Positions 52,930-64,000 of a stretch of DNA of 64,000 nucleotides are shown in pieces; within the stretch, counting starts at the first letter, position 1; every line of letters begins with the position of its first letter. The notes beneath the pieces were generated by a model. It was not told where the DNA came from, searched no databases, and saw only the letters and a program-made list of their open reading frames with translations. Position numbers and translations under genes: made by a program. This stretch comes from Hormiphora californensis (lineage: Eukaryota > Animalia > Ctenophora). The stretch is taken from assembly GCA_020137815.1 (NCBI GenBank), contig CM035360.1, positions 248,001 through 312,000 on the forward strand. The letters are read 5' to 3'.

Positions 52930-53905
52930 ATAAATAAATAAATATTATATGCTAGTACTTTTAGACGCCGTCTAGCAGAAAAGGTAGTACTTAGTAGGGT
53001 ATAATACCCGGTATATCCCTGTATGGCGGCGCCCATACCCCAATTTGATTCTCGACAGTGCGCTCAGATGGGGTCGGCGGCGCCAGACAGGTATATCCTA
53101 CCCTATAAGGTAAAAGGTAAAAGGTGCTGTATATATATAATAAGGTAAAAGTTTGGTACTGTCGGTACACTGTAGGCAGGGACTTTAGCCTAAGGTTTAG
53201 GGGCTGATGGGACTGGGTCTCTGGGCCCTGGCGGTATGAAGTTCTTATCAGTTATGACCAGAGTCCCTTGTTTTAGGGAGTCTGCTTAATGTTTTATCAT
53301 TTGTCTCTGCTCCAAATCCAATCACATATTGTTTGATACTACATCTGCATATGTGCTTCTACTGCTAGTGCTATTAATATTCCTAATTCAACTTCCTAAT
53401 TCAACTTCCTGATTCAACTTTATGATTCCTTATTCCACGAGCTCTATTTGATCCATTTCCACGTTCCACAAGCTGCTACATTTGATATGTTGCAATGTAG
53501 CCGTACTATAACACTATAGTATCTGGAAAGTTACTCCGCCGTGAGTAGTAGGATATTGAACAAGGGTCAAACGCAGGATTTTAACGTTTTTCCGTACGGC
53601 TTCTTCAGAAACTGAACTCAAATTAATTTAAAGTAGTGTTGAAGAAACGGCGAAACGTCAAAATCCCGCGTTTGACCCTTGTTCAATATCCTATAGGATA
53701 GGCCTACTCACGGCGGAGTAACTTTTCAGCTACTATAGTGTAGTAGCCTACAGTGCAACATGTCGTTGATCCCCGCCCTGGTCGCCACCACAATCATTGC
53801 TTCATTTGAGTTCGAATCGAACTCACTAGCCCCGTGCGTCCTCTCCTAGAATACTCGCCAGTTCTATTATTCTGCAGGGCGTCGGCTTGTAATCTTGTAA
53901 TCTTG

Positions 53906-54064
<159 letters not shown>

Positions 54065-54083
54065 TCTCTCTCCCTCTCTCTCT

Positions 54084-54121
<38 letters not shown>

Positions 54122-54248
54122 GGTGTTTACTGTCACGTGTTGCGGTAATCTCTGTTCTAGCATAAGTATATAATGGCTCATTTTTCGCCCACTACCTGTT
54201 AAATAGTAGTAGTTTTTTTTTCTCGATAGGCTGAGAGATGTCTGTTTA

Positions 54249-54500
54249 GGGCCCAGTTAGAGATTTTACTACTGGAGCCAGGTTCTTGATGCCAGCTGGC
54301 GCCAGAGAACTACTCTGCTGCTGACACTGTCGCGCGGCGCTACTTTCAATGCAATTCACATCGGAATCCCTGCTAGTCATCGAAGATGTCGCGCGCAGCA
54401 TGGTTCATAAGGATTCTCCCAGCTAACTCCTGGTGCCAGTTTACAATCCTGGTGCCAGTTTCCAATCTGCAACTGGAGCGTAAGACTAGGAAGCTCGGAG
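54249..54500. mobile_element. ~250-bp insertion with imperfect TIRs and TWA flanks (PIF/Harbinger-like)
   Basis: tta|gggcccagttagagatt...aatctgcaactggagcg|taa; paralogues read tctgtttagactagg. Confidence 0.65.
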
Positions 54501-54608
54501 GAATCGCCGATTATATCGAATCGAATCGAGAACAAAATATCAAGTATCGCCGGTTCCTAGTTTACTTTTAGATTGTTTAGACATCACAATCTTTCCTTGT
54601 CCAGTCAG

Positions 54609-55417
54609 CACAATTCATCAGGAAATGAGACCTAATTAGAAAAAATGCCCGAAGTGGGGTTCATTTAGTCCTAATTAGGAACTTCCTCATACAACTTGGC
54701 ATGAAAATGTCCCGATTTATAGATAGAGAATCGTTCAAGCTACCACCTGGCATTTTATTTTAGGCCAAAACTTTATCAGGCTTGTCGCTAGGAAGCCTCA
54801 AACTTTTGGACATATATGACCCTCTGGGCCTCAAAGGGTTAAGGACGTTCAACCTCGACCGAGTCCCCCAGCAAAACGAACGGTTGTGTGACTTAAAGGG
54901 GACCTCTGGGAACTACGCAGGGCCGTGGGGGAAAAGATATGAAAGTAGCCAAAGGAGAAAATCGCATTTAGGGCAAAAAACGCCATTTTAACAATGTTGC
55001 CGTGGATTTAGAGTTCCAATTCCAGCGGCAATCGATTCGGCTGGAGTGACTTGATTTTGGTTGAAAAATAAATAGATTGGAAAATTTGGAATGTAGAATT
55101 TGGTCATTTTTCTCACATTACATTCCAAATTTTCCAATCTCAAATCTATTTTCTTTTTCGACCAAAATCAAGTCACCCCAGGGTTTTTTAACACGCCGAA
55201 TCGATTGCCGCTGGAATTGGAACTCGAAATCCACGACAACATTGTTAAAATGGCGTTTTTTGGGTTTTTTGCCCTAAATGCGATTTTCTCCTTTGGCTAC
55301 TTTCATATCTTTTCCCCCACGGCCCTGCGTAGTTCCCAGAGGTCCCCTTTAGATCACACAACCGTTCGTTTTGCTGGGGGACTCGGTCGAGGTGGAACGT
55401 CCTTAAGGGGCACCGTG
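54609..55417. mobile_element. Composite insertion: CAC...GTG ends with TCAG duplication, containing a TTAA-flanked palindromic MITE (~54843-55402)
   Basis: ccagtcag|cacaatt...caccgtg|tcagattc versus empty site ccagtcagattc at 47557-47568; inner ttaa|ggacgttc...gaacgtcc|ttaa. Confidence 0.75.
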
Positions 55418-55565
55418 TCAGATTCAAAGCCGCATACCCTGAGGGGTCCCACTCACTCGATAATACTATGCAAGAGTTGTAACAAAAGTATGCCAACTTA
55501 GGGGCCAACTTACAGAAGTTGCCGGGTATGTAAGCAGTAAGAGCTCTTTATGTAGTGTGGTTGAT

Positions 55566-56225
55566 ATGAGACTGTTTTCTGTGTTCGGGTTCGTGCTGTC
55601 ATCTGGTTGTTTTGCTGATTGGGACAAACTGACAACTGAGAGTTATAGAGGTAGGTGTACATGGTCGGATCTCTATTTCAATTTACTGGAACAATAACTG
55701 GCAGATCTCAACCGAAAGATTTTTCTCAGATCAGACAACATCAAACAGCTGTACGCCTGTTCCAGTCGAGAAAAGGTGGAGTTTCAGGAAGGAGACACTT
55801 GTTATTAAAATATCGGGTGATATCAATCTGACAACTATCGAATCAGATGAGTTGAATAAGGCAGGAACCATTACAGCCGTGGTAGCAAATAAAACGATTG
55901 ATATTACAATATCTAATAAAACATTATCAGTCAGTTGTTATGGTACTATCAAGGTTAAGCAAGGCGATTTGTCCAATATAGTTAAAGGCCAGGACAACTT
56001 TCTAGTGCTCACTTTCAAGTCACAGAGTGGTCATTACGAACATGCATTTGATATCGAATGGAGAAGCAGGATCAATCAGAACTCGGAAGATTATGTCCGT
56101 AACAGTCCTTGGTCAGTGGTCCATTCAATTCTTCTAACTATGGGAATGAACTTGATATTGAAGTTGATGGAAATCTCTTTGATTGCCGTCGGAGGGAAGT
56201 GGAAGAGGAAGAAAAGGGTAGTAAA
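55566..56225 (+). CDS. Secreted-protein array copy 4 (B-type 5' end, A-type 3' end), exons 55566-55650 and 55730-~56225; single-base insertions after ~56097 may be sequence errors
   Basis: Same signal exon and intron phase; extra bases relative to copy 3 (gtccgtaac, gtggtcc, tgccgtc) lie just upstream of the low-quality stretch. Confidence 0.7.
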
Positions 56226-56629
56226 TAAATAAATAAATATTATATGCTAGTACTTTTAGACGCCGTCTAGCAGAAAAGGTAGTACTTAGTAGGGTATAAT
56301 ACCCGGTATATCCCTGTATGGCGGCGCCCATACCCCAATTTGATTCTCGACAGTGCGCTCAGATGGGGTCGGCGGCGCCAGACAGGTATATCCTACCCTA
56401 TAAGGTAAAAGGTAAAAAGGTGCTGTATATAATATAATAAGGTAAAAGTTTGGTACTGTCGGTACACTGTAGGCAGGGACTTTAGCCTAAGGTTTAGGGG
56501 CTGATGGGACTGGGTCTCTGGGCCCTGGCGGTATGAAGTTCTTATCAGGTATGACCAGAGTCCCTTGTTTTAGGGAGTCTGCTTAATGTTTTATCATTTG
56601 TCTCTGCTCCAAATCCAATCACATATTGT

Positions 56630-57530
56630 TTGATATACATTGCATTTTGGTTTTTCGAGTGCTATTTAAATTCCAATTTTAACTTCCTAATTCAAAATTC
56701 CTATTCAACTTTAGATTCCTTTTTCCCCGAAACCTATTTTCCTTTTCCCCGTTCCACGCTTTACTTTAATGTTTTTTTTAATGTAGCCGTACTAAACACT
56801 ATATATCTGGAAAGTTATCCCCCCGTGATTAGATTTAACAAGGGTCAAAACGCGGGTTTTTTAAACTTTTTTCCGTAGGTTTTAAAACCAACTCAATTAA
56901 TTTAAAATATGTTTAAAAAAACAAAAACCCCCTTTTCCCGTTCAAACCTTAGGGGCCAAGGGAAATTTTTCACTATATAATTAGAGCCCTTTTTAACAGG
57001 TTTTCCCCCGTTTGGTCCCCCCCCTTTTTTCCCTTTTTTTTTTAAATTTGTTTTAAAACCACACCCCGTTCCCGCCGGAAATATCTGAGCTTTTTCGGGG
57101 GTTTTGTTGTTAACTTTACAATTTTTTCCCCCAAAAATTTTTTCCCGTTTTCCCCCCTCTTTTTTTCTTTTACCCCCTTTTTCCCTTTTTAAATTTTCCC
57201 TTTTTTCTCCCTCTTTCCTTTTTTTCTTCTCTTTCCTCTTTAAATTTTTTCTTCTTTTTTTTTCCCCCGGGTTCCCCCCCCCCCTTTTTTTTCCCCCTTT
57301 TCCCTTCCCCCTTTCCCCTTTTCCCCTCCTCCCCTCCTTTTTTCCCCCCTTTTTCTCGGGGGGTAATCCGTTTGTTTGGCCCCATCTATTATATATGATT
57401 TTTTCAAAAATTTATAATCTTTTTTTTTTCCCCCACCGTTAAATAGTGTAGTTTTTTTCCGATAGGCGAGAGATGTCTGTTTAGACTGGATTTTTTGGGG
57501 AAAGGCGTTTTATTTTTCTTTTAATTTTGT
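56630..57530. other. Corrupted, homopolymer-smeared copy of ~53330-54250
   Basis: Collinear remnants (tatctggaaagtta, aacaagggtcaaa, catctattatatatgatt, gttaaatagt) between clean matching flanks. Confidence 0.8.
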
Positions 57531-57706
57531 TTAGACATCACAATCTTTCCTTGTCCAGTCAGATTCAAAGCCGCATACCCTGAGGGGTCCCACTCACTCG
57601 ATAATACTATGCAAGAGTTGTAACAAAAGTATGCCAACTTAGGGGCCAACTTACAGAAGTTGCCGGGTATGTAAGCAGTAAGAGCTCTTTATGTAGTGTG
57701 GTTGAT

Positions 57707-58454
57707 ATGAGACTGTTTTCTGTGTTCGGGTTCGTGCTGTCATCTGGTTGTTTTGCTGATTGGGACAAACTGACAACTGAGAGTTATAGAGGTAGGTGTA
57801 CATGGTCGGATCTCTATTCCAATTTACTGGAACAATAACTGGCAGATCTCAACCGAAAGATTTTTCTCAGATCAGACAACCTCAAACAGCTGTGCTCCTG
57901 TTCCAGTCGAGAAAAGGTGGAGTTTCAGGAAGGAGACACTTGTTATTAAAATATCGGGTGATGTCAATACGACAACTATCGAATCAGATGAGTTAGATAA
58001 GACAGGGACCATTATAACAGATGTGGGCCAAGATACACCGATTGTCATTGAGATTACAATATCTCAATCTGAATTACTATCAGTCCGTTTTGGAAACTTG
58101 GTTTATGTATATAGCGATTTGTCCGATTTTGTTCATGGCCAGGACAACTTTCTCACTTTAAAGCAGAGTGGTCTTTACAAACATGCGTTTGATATCGAAT
58201 GGAGAAGCAGGATCGATCAGAACTCGGAAGATTATGTCGTAACAGACCTTGGTCAGTTTCCATTCAATTCTTCTAACTATGGGAATAAACTTGATATTGA
58301 AGTTGATGGAAATCTCTTTGATTGTGTTGAGGAAGTGGAGCAGGAAGAAAAAGGTCAGTCGATCAATTATTTACTAATTAGGACTAAGCTTCTAGTTCCG
58401 GGGTGCGAAATTTCTTGCGCGAACAGAGGAGCGAGACGTGCCCAAGGCTTCTAG
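57707..58454 (+). CDS. Secreted-protein array copy 5 (type B), exons 57707-57791 and 57871-58454, 222 aa with C-terminal extension
   Basis: MRLFSVFGFVLSSGCFADWDKLTTESYR; phase-1 intron; the open frame runs into track ORF 58023-58454. Confidence 0.82.
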
Positions 58455-58811
58455 AAGCCGTCTAACCGCGGTGGTCAGGTAGTTTTAGTAATGTACGAAA
58501 CAAGCTAAAAGCTTGGTTGTGCAAGTTTAAAAAGCTAATTCAGTCAGCAGATTGTGATGTTGGGTATCTCGCTGACCCCTTCTCGCACGCTCAGAGCGAG
58601 GAAAGTTTGCTCAGGTATCAGATAATATCTACCTGTATCTTGCTGACACTGTCAGTGACAGGTAGATGGTTCATGGTGAAAACAGAATGATGTTAATTCA
58701 TCGACTGAGTTAGCTTCCATGTCGCTTCTCACTTTGAAGATATAATAGTGGTCTGCTGCGCCAGACAATTCCATCCCAAAGATAGTGCATTGCATCGATT
58801 AATATCTCAAG

Positions 58812-58894
58812 TAAACAACCAATCAGAACTCGTTATTTAGGTCACGTGACTGGTTATCAGCCAATCAGGGACCAGTATTTCCTGATTCGGTCGG
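58812..58894. repeat. Fragment of the abundant ctenophore short repeat (translates as KQPIRTRYLGHVTGYQPIRDQYFLIRSV), flanked by a 13-bp direct repeat
   Basis: ttaatatctcaag at 58799-58811 and 58895-58907; family identity recalled from Pleurobrachia gene models. Confidence 0.75.
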
Positions 58895-59035
58895 TTAATA
58901 TCTCAAGATCAAATGAAGCTTCATGAAGATCATGTTATGATTAGATCTAGGTCTGTTCTTGGAGCATTGCGAGCTGAGAAATACACACGGCATATCAATA
59001 AATCCGATTCTTTAATGCGAATCCTTCTTTCCCTT

Positions 59036-61964
59036 TGCTGCTACCTGATTCCAGATTAATCTGCAGATTGTTCAAACTCTTTATCGCATAGAATAGAGTT
59101 GATATTATGGAAGCTGAACAACTATCTTTACCTTGCAAGGCCTTGAAGCTTTTAGCTCCTTCATACCGTCAATTTACAGTTCTACTATAATACTACTGGT
59201 TACTTGTCGTTCATACTTTCTAGACAGTAGTAGGCAAGCTGGCAAGTTCTTGTGTGGTATGAAATCGAAGGCAATCAACAGTATTGGTTCTGGTTCTGGA
59301 CCAGTATGTATGTACTGTCAGGCCAATGCTCTGACCACAGTTCTCTGACACTCTGACAGCTAATGTAGCTACATACATGTAGTAGACAAGTTCATGAAAT
59401 ATAAAATAAGGTAGACAGATCATTGGGCTCTAAACTAAATCATTTGAGAGGTAACTGCTGGCGTCGTATACCAATGACTCTTAAAACCGTTCCTAGCTAT
59501 ATTATAGAATCTGAGGTGAGGCCCCCTAGCCTAAACACACAAAGTGGCCTGGGTCTCCTTGCTTAGAGTTCCTTAGACCTATCTTAGACTCCTTCCTAGA
59601 CATACCTTATTGCTATACTTAGACATGTCCTGTTGAGTCATGATGATACCATAAACTTCATCACGCCATTTTAAAACACCTTCCTCTTATTAGTGCTGTT
59701 GAGGGTGTTAGTTTTAGCATCAATTAAATTACAACTCTACGACCACTAATGTTCACCCTATTAAAACAGTGCCCCCATCTTACTCGAGATAGTTCCAATG
59801 ACTCATCGGGCAAATATTTGGGATTTTGTTTGGATTTCCTTCTTCGTCCTTCTTTTGTCTGGATCACATGCTGCCCAAGGTAAAGATCCTCATAAAACCA
59901 GTATCTTGCCTTGATCGACCCTCTTGTATCTGGAAGGGTCTGAGGGGTATCTAATGGGGTTTGATGGGTATCTAGTAGGGTCTGAGAGGTATCTAATAGA
60001 GTGTGATTGGTATCTAAGAGGGTCTGAGGGATATCTAGGAGGCTCTAAGGGGTATCTAGAAGGGTCTGAGGGAAATCTAATGGGGTATGAGGGTAACAGT
60101 AGAGTCTGATAGGTATCCTGGAGGGTTTTAGGGGCATCTAGAATTGGGTCTGAGGGGTTTCTAGGATGGTAGTAGGGTGATATAGGGAGCTATGAGGGAT
60201 ATTTAGGAAGCTCTAAGGGGTATCTAGAAGGGTCTGAGGGGAATCTAATGGGGTATGAGGGTACCTAGTAGAGTCTGATAGGTATCCTGGAGAGTTTTAG
60301 GGGCATCTAGAAGGGTCTGAGGGGTTTCTAGGATGGTAGTAGGGTTATATAGGGAGCTGTGAAGAATATTTAGGAAGCTCTAAGGGGTATCTAGAAAGGT
60401 CTGCGAGGAGTATAATGGGTTCTGAGGGTATCTATAAAGATCTGACCTGTATCTAGCAGGGTCTGAGAGGTGTCTAGGAGGGTACTAGGGGATTGTAGTA
60501 GGCTCTGAGAGTCTGAGGGGTATCGTATATAATGCTCCATGGCATATCTAATAGGCTAATACAGTTATGCACACATCTAATTATCCAATTAACCAATTAA
60601 CTAAATGAGATAGGAACTTCTCATGGGTGTCTACCCCCACTTATGCGAGGACGCTACACATTTTAGTGTCCTTATTTTCATCTTTACTCCTATTTTGAAA
60701 TGATAAGTATTTAGCACTCATGCGCAGCATAAATTATCCAATTAATTCAATTATCTCGATTAGTATTGGAGATATCGACTCAGTAATGGTCTCTACCCCC
60801 TATAATGTGATGATTCTGCACATTTTAGTGTCCTTGTTTTTGTCTCTACTCCATTTCTAAGCTAAGTTATGGGAATATCCAGTTAGTGCCAATTAAGGCC
60901 AATTATAGGGGTCTTCCCCACCACTTCAGATTTAAAACTTTTTTTTGGTGCATAAGGACCTCTTAGACTAACTATTAGTGAAGGAATTAGCCGTCCCCCC
61001 CAAAATTCCTGGTTCACTCGATTATTTACCCAAATCACATGTATTAAATGCTGCTACCTGATTCCAGATTAATCTGAAGATTGTTCAAACTCTTTATCGC
61101 ATAGAATAGAGTTGATATTATGGAAGCTGAAGCGTATGGGCTGAACAACTATCCTTGCAAGGCCTTGAAGCATAAACTTTTAGCTCCTTCACACCGTCAA
61201 TTTAAAGTTCTACTACTGGTTACTTGTCGTTCATACTTTCTGGACTGTAGTAGGCAAGCTGGCAAGTTCTTGTGTGGTGTGAAATCGAAGGCAATCAACA
61301 GTATTGGTTCTGGTTCTGGACCAGTATGTATCTAGCTACATACATGTAGTAGACAAGTTCATGAAATATAAAATAAGGTAGACAGATCATTGGGCTCTAA
61401 ACTAAATCATTTGAGGGGTAGCTGCTGGCGTCGTATACCAATGACTCCTAAACCCGTTCCTAGCTATATTATAGAATCTGAGGTGAGGCCCCCTAGCCTA
61501 GACACACAAAGTGGCCTGGGTCTCCTTGCTTAGAGTTCCTTAGACCTATCTTAGACTCCTTCCTAGACATACCTTATTGCTATACTTAGACATGTCCTGT
61601 TGAGTCATGATGGTCCATCAACTTCATCACGCCATTTTAAAACACCTTCCTCTTATTAGTGCTGTTGAGGGTGTTAGTTTTAGCATCAATTAAATTACAA
61701 CTCTACGACCACTTGCACTGTTGTTCACCCTATTAAAACAGTGCCCCCATCTTACTCGAGATAGTTCCAATGACTCATCGGGCAAATATTTGGGATTTTG
61801 TTTGGATTTCCTTCTTCGTCCTTCTTTTGTCTGGATCACATGCTGCCCAAGGTAAAGATCCTCATGAAACCAGTATCTTGCCTTGTTCGTCATTCCTCAT
61901 GACCAGTATCTTGCCTTGATCCTGATTCCTAATAAGACCAGTATCTTGCCTTGTTCGACCCTCT
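59036..61964 (+). repeat. ~880-bp direct duplication (59036-59924 and 61049-61964) around a degenerate gggtctgaggggtatcta minisatellite block (59925-60525)
   Basis: Both copies begin tgctgctacctgattccagattaatctg and end gtatcttgccttgWtcgaccctct. Confidence 0.9.
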
Positions 61965-62095
61965 CTCCCCGGCCCTAGCGCTCCAATTGAACAATTCTCA
62001 TTCCTCATAAGACCAGTATCCTAGGACCAAGGGTTCCGACTCTTGCCTAGCTCGCACCCTTCCTGATCCTAAATAGTAAACATGCTTTGTTTCAG

Positions 62096-62574
62096 TCTGC
62101 ACCAAGATTTCAGAACACAGTTCCCTCGTTTTCGATTGGAACTTGAGTGATGGCCCTCTTATCATCAAGATATCTCAGTCTCTCAGTGGTGCTGGTTGGA
62201 AGGGTGAATCAGAGGTACAACTTGGAGAACTCGCCAAGATTTGTCTCCTCAAAGATTCAAACGGTCTATCAATTAGAATCAACACCGAGACAGCTTGCAG
62301 CTTCAATGACATCAGCAGTGGCGAGTCTTGGAACACCTACCCTTTATCTGATTTGTGGAAGTCAGGTGCTAAACACGTGATTGAAATACTTTATGACCAA
62401 GACAGAAAAAGTCTGGAAGTGGAATGGAACAACTCAGAATCACAGAAACTCCTCATCTCGGAGGTGCTTCAAGACATGCCTCTTGAGGGGTCTGTGAGGG
62501 TCATGGGAGCCGTCCTTGATTGTGTTTATGGGGTGGATGACAGTTTCATTGAGGGTAGGTTTACAGTTTTATAG
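62096..62574 (+). CDS. Terminal exon of a distant relative of the secreted-protein family (first exon not identified)
   Basis: Acceptor ttgtttcag|tc (phase 1) then CTKISEHSSLVFDWNLSDGPLIIKI...LEVEW...VMGAVLDCV, paralleling KRWSFRNETLVIKI...IEIEW...VDGNLFDCV. Confidence 0.7.
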
Positions 62575-63200
62575 TTGCGATGTATCTATCTGAATTTGAT
62601 GCTTGCATGGAATTGGATCTAAACTAACTTGTGGAAGCTAATTGCTGTAAATTGCAAGACGCATGGCTGCTTCTAGTCGAATGAAAGGGTGGTACGGGAT
62701 TAGTGGTTGGTAACAGCTCAGGAGATTTTAATTCAAGGTCTTATATGACACTTACGTCTTAGAATTTAGGGCAAGGTTTACGTTTTGTTGTCATTAAAAG
62801 GTCCAGGTAACAGGTTTTGTCTTTACTCAATTGTCTGTTTTCACATTTTATAACCTTCTCCCACCGTTTCAGGTTGTCTAGTTTTTATTCTTCTTCACAT
62901 TCACTCGCTACTCTCTGAGAGAATTGATCAAGAAGGGTACTAACTAGACAATAGTTGGCTGAGCTTGTGCTGTCTCGCGAGTGTCGTTAGGACTGTGATC
63001 AGGCATCTGACAGACTGCATGTGTGGGTTGTAAGGAATGAGCATGTGTGCAAGATGTGTGAGCATGTACAAGATGTGTGAGCATGTGGAGTACGTACTAC
63101 TTTACCTATAGTTCGAATTCCTTAACTGAGATATAAAGTTTTCTTTTAACTGTTCAGACTCGTAAAATGGGGGGTGAACTGTTGAAAAAAATGGACTTTT

Positions 63201-63391
63201 CAAGGTGTTCATGTGGGATCTTTACGAGCGTTGAACTTCAAGCAGAAAAGTTTACAAGATTAGCTTATGAACCACCAGAAACCTTGAATGAGGGTAAAGA
63301 ATAGTCCAAGTATGAAGTTTCATAACAAGCCAATCTTGTAATATTTTTTCTGGGCGAATTCAATTGTAAAGATCCCACACGAACACTCTTG
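63201..63391. repeat. Short element with ~25-bp imperfect inverted ends
   Basis: caaggtgttcatgtgggatctttac vs gtaaagatcccacacgaacactcttg; no TSD seen. Confidence 0.5.
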
Positions 63392-63480
63392 TCAACAACT
63401 TCCCACTTCCTCCCTTCCCCCTTACTCAACAAGGTTACCTAGTATCTCCTTCTGGAAAAGTTGGCATGCGCTGCAGTCCC

Positions 63481-63551
63481 CTGTCTGGCGCCGCGACCCA
63501 TCTGAGCGCACTGTCGCTGAGAATCAAATGGGGTATGGCGCCGCCATACAG
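63481..63551. mobile_element. CTGT...ACAG MITE with 8-bp TSD, nested in a ttggcatgcgctgcag-type mini-element (~63461-63616)
   Basis: gcagtccc at 63473-63480 and 63552-63559; opposite orientation to the 44865 copy. Confidence 0.82.
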
Positions 63552-64000
63552 GCAGTCCCCGGGTACTGCACACGCTGTTGACGGCATTTGATAAAGGGGG
63601 CTGCAGCGTATGCCAGCAAGAGAAACTAGAGACTGCAGAAAATAAAGTTCTAATCAATAAATAAAAGGTTCCGCGATGCCTAACCAATGACTGACGAGTA
63701 GCAGCGTTCATCCCTATCCATGCTACGCAGTCTGTCTGTTCGGTCCGGTGTGAGAGCTGACAGGCAAGGAACATGCCAGAGTTCATCCCTCTCCATGCTG
63801 GACACCTATCTCTCCTAGCGATTCAGAGCCTGGATGGAGTACTCTTGGAGATGTTGCCACTTCAACAGCTGCACATACTTTATGTATCAAATGGTAAGAA
63901 CAGTCCAGGATCTCCCCAGTAATTCATGCACGATCTAAAAGGGACATCGAGAAGGGAACAAACGGTGAAGTGAGGACGAGACGAGACGAGACGAGAGGAG

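Noticed and set aside
59036-61964. Direct repeats as LTR pair
   Set aside because: No CA end, PBS, PPT or TSD seen; better explained as a local duplication.

Overview
This is repeat-dense eukaryotic (animal) DNA, most likely from a cydippid ctenophore (Pleurobrachia/Hormiphora-like). The assignment rests on three things recalled from memory and needing a database check: a spliced-leader (SL)-like 42-mer, the abundant 'QPIRTRYLGHVTGYQPIRDQYF' short repeat, and a secreted 'W..L.I.T...DTAS..YR' domain. Main contents: (1) A full-length CR1-type LINE (34044-41316) whose first 42 nt look like a trans-spliced leader. It sits inside a MITE and is itself split by three DNA-transposon insertions; removing them restores ORF1 (PHD + CCCH fingers) and ORF2 (APE + RT), leaving one homopolymer frameshift. 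(2) A tandem array of five two-exon genes for a small secreted protein (43.9-58.5 kb) with near-identical flanks and a hypervariable core, plus distant relatives at 1.8-2.7 kb and 62.1-62.6 kb. (3) A convergent pair: a membrane RING-HC gene and a 3-exon 500-aa orphan. (4) 5'-truncated CRE-like and L2-like LINEs, a pol-less LTR element, many MITE/foldback families with readable target-site duplications (TSDs), and 23-, 29-, 37-, 60- and 74-bp tandem arrays. Three stretches (about 14.8-15.4, 29.4-32.5 and 56.6-57.5 kb) look like low-quality assembly consensus.
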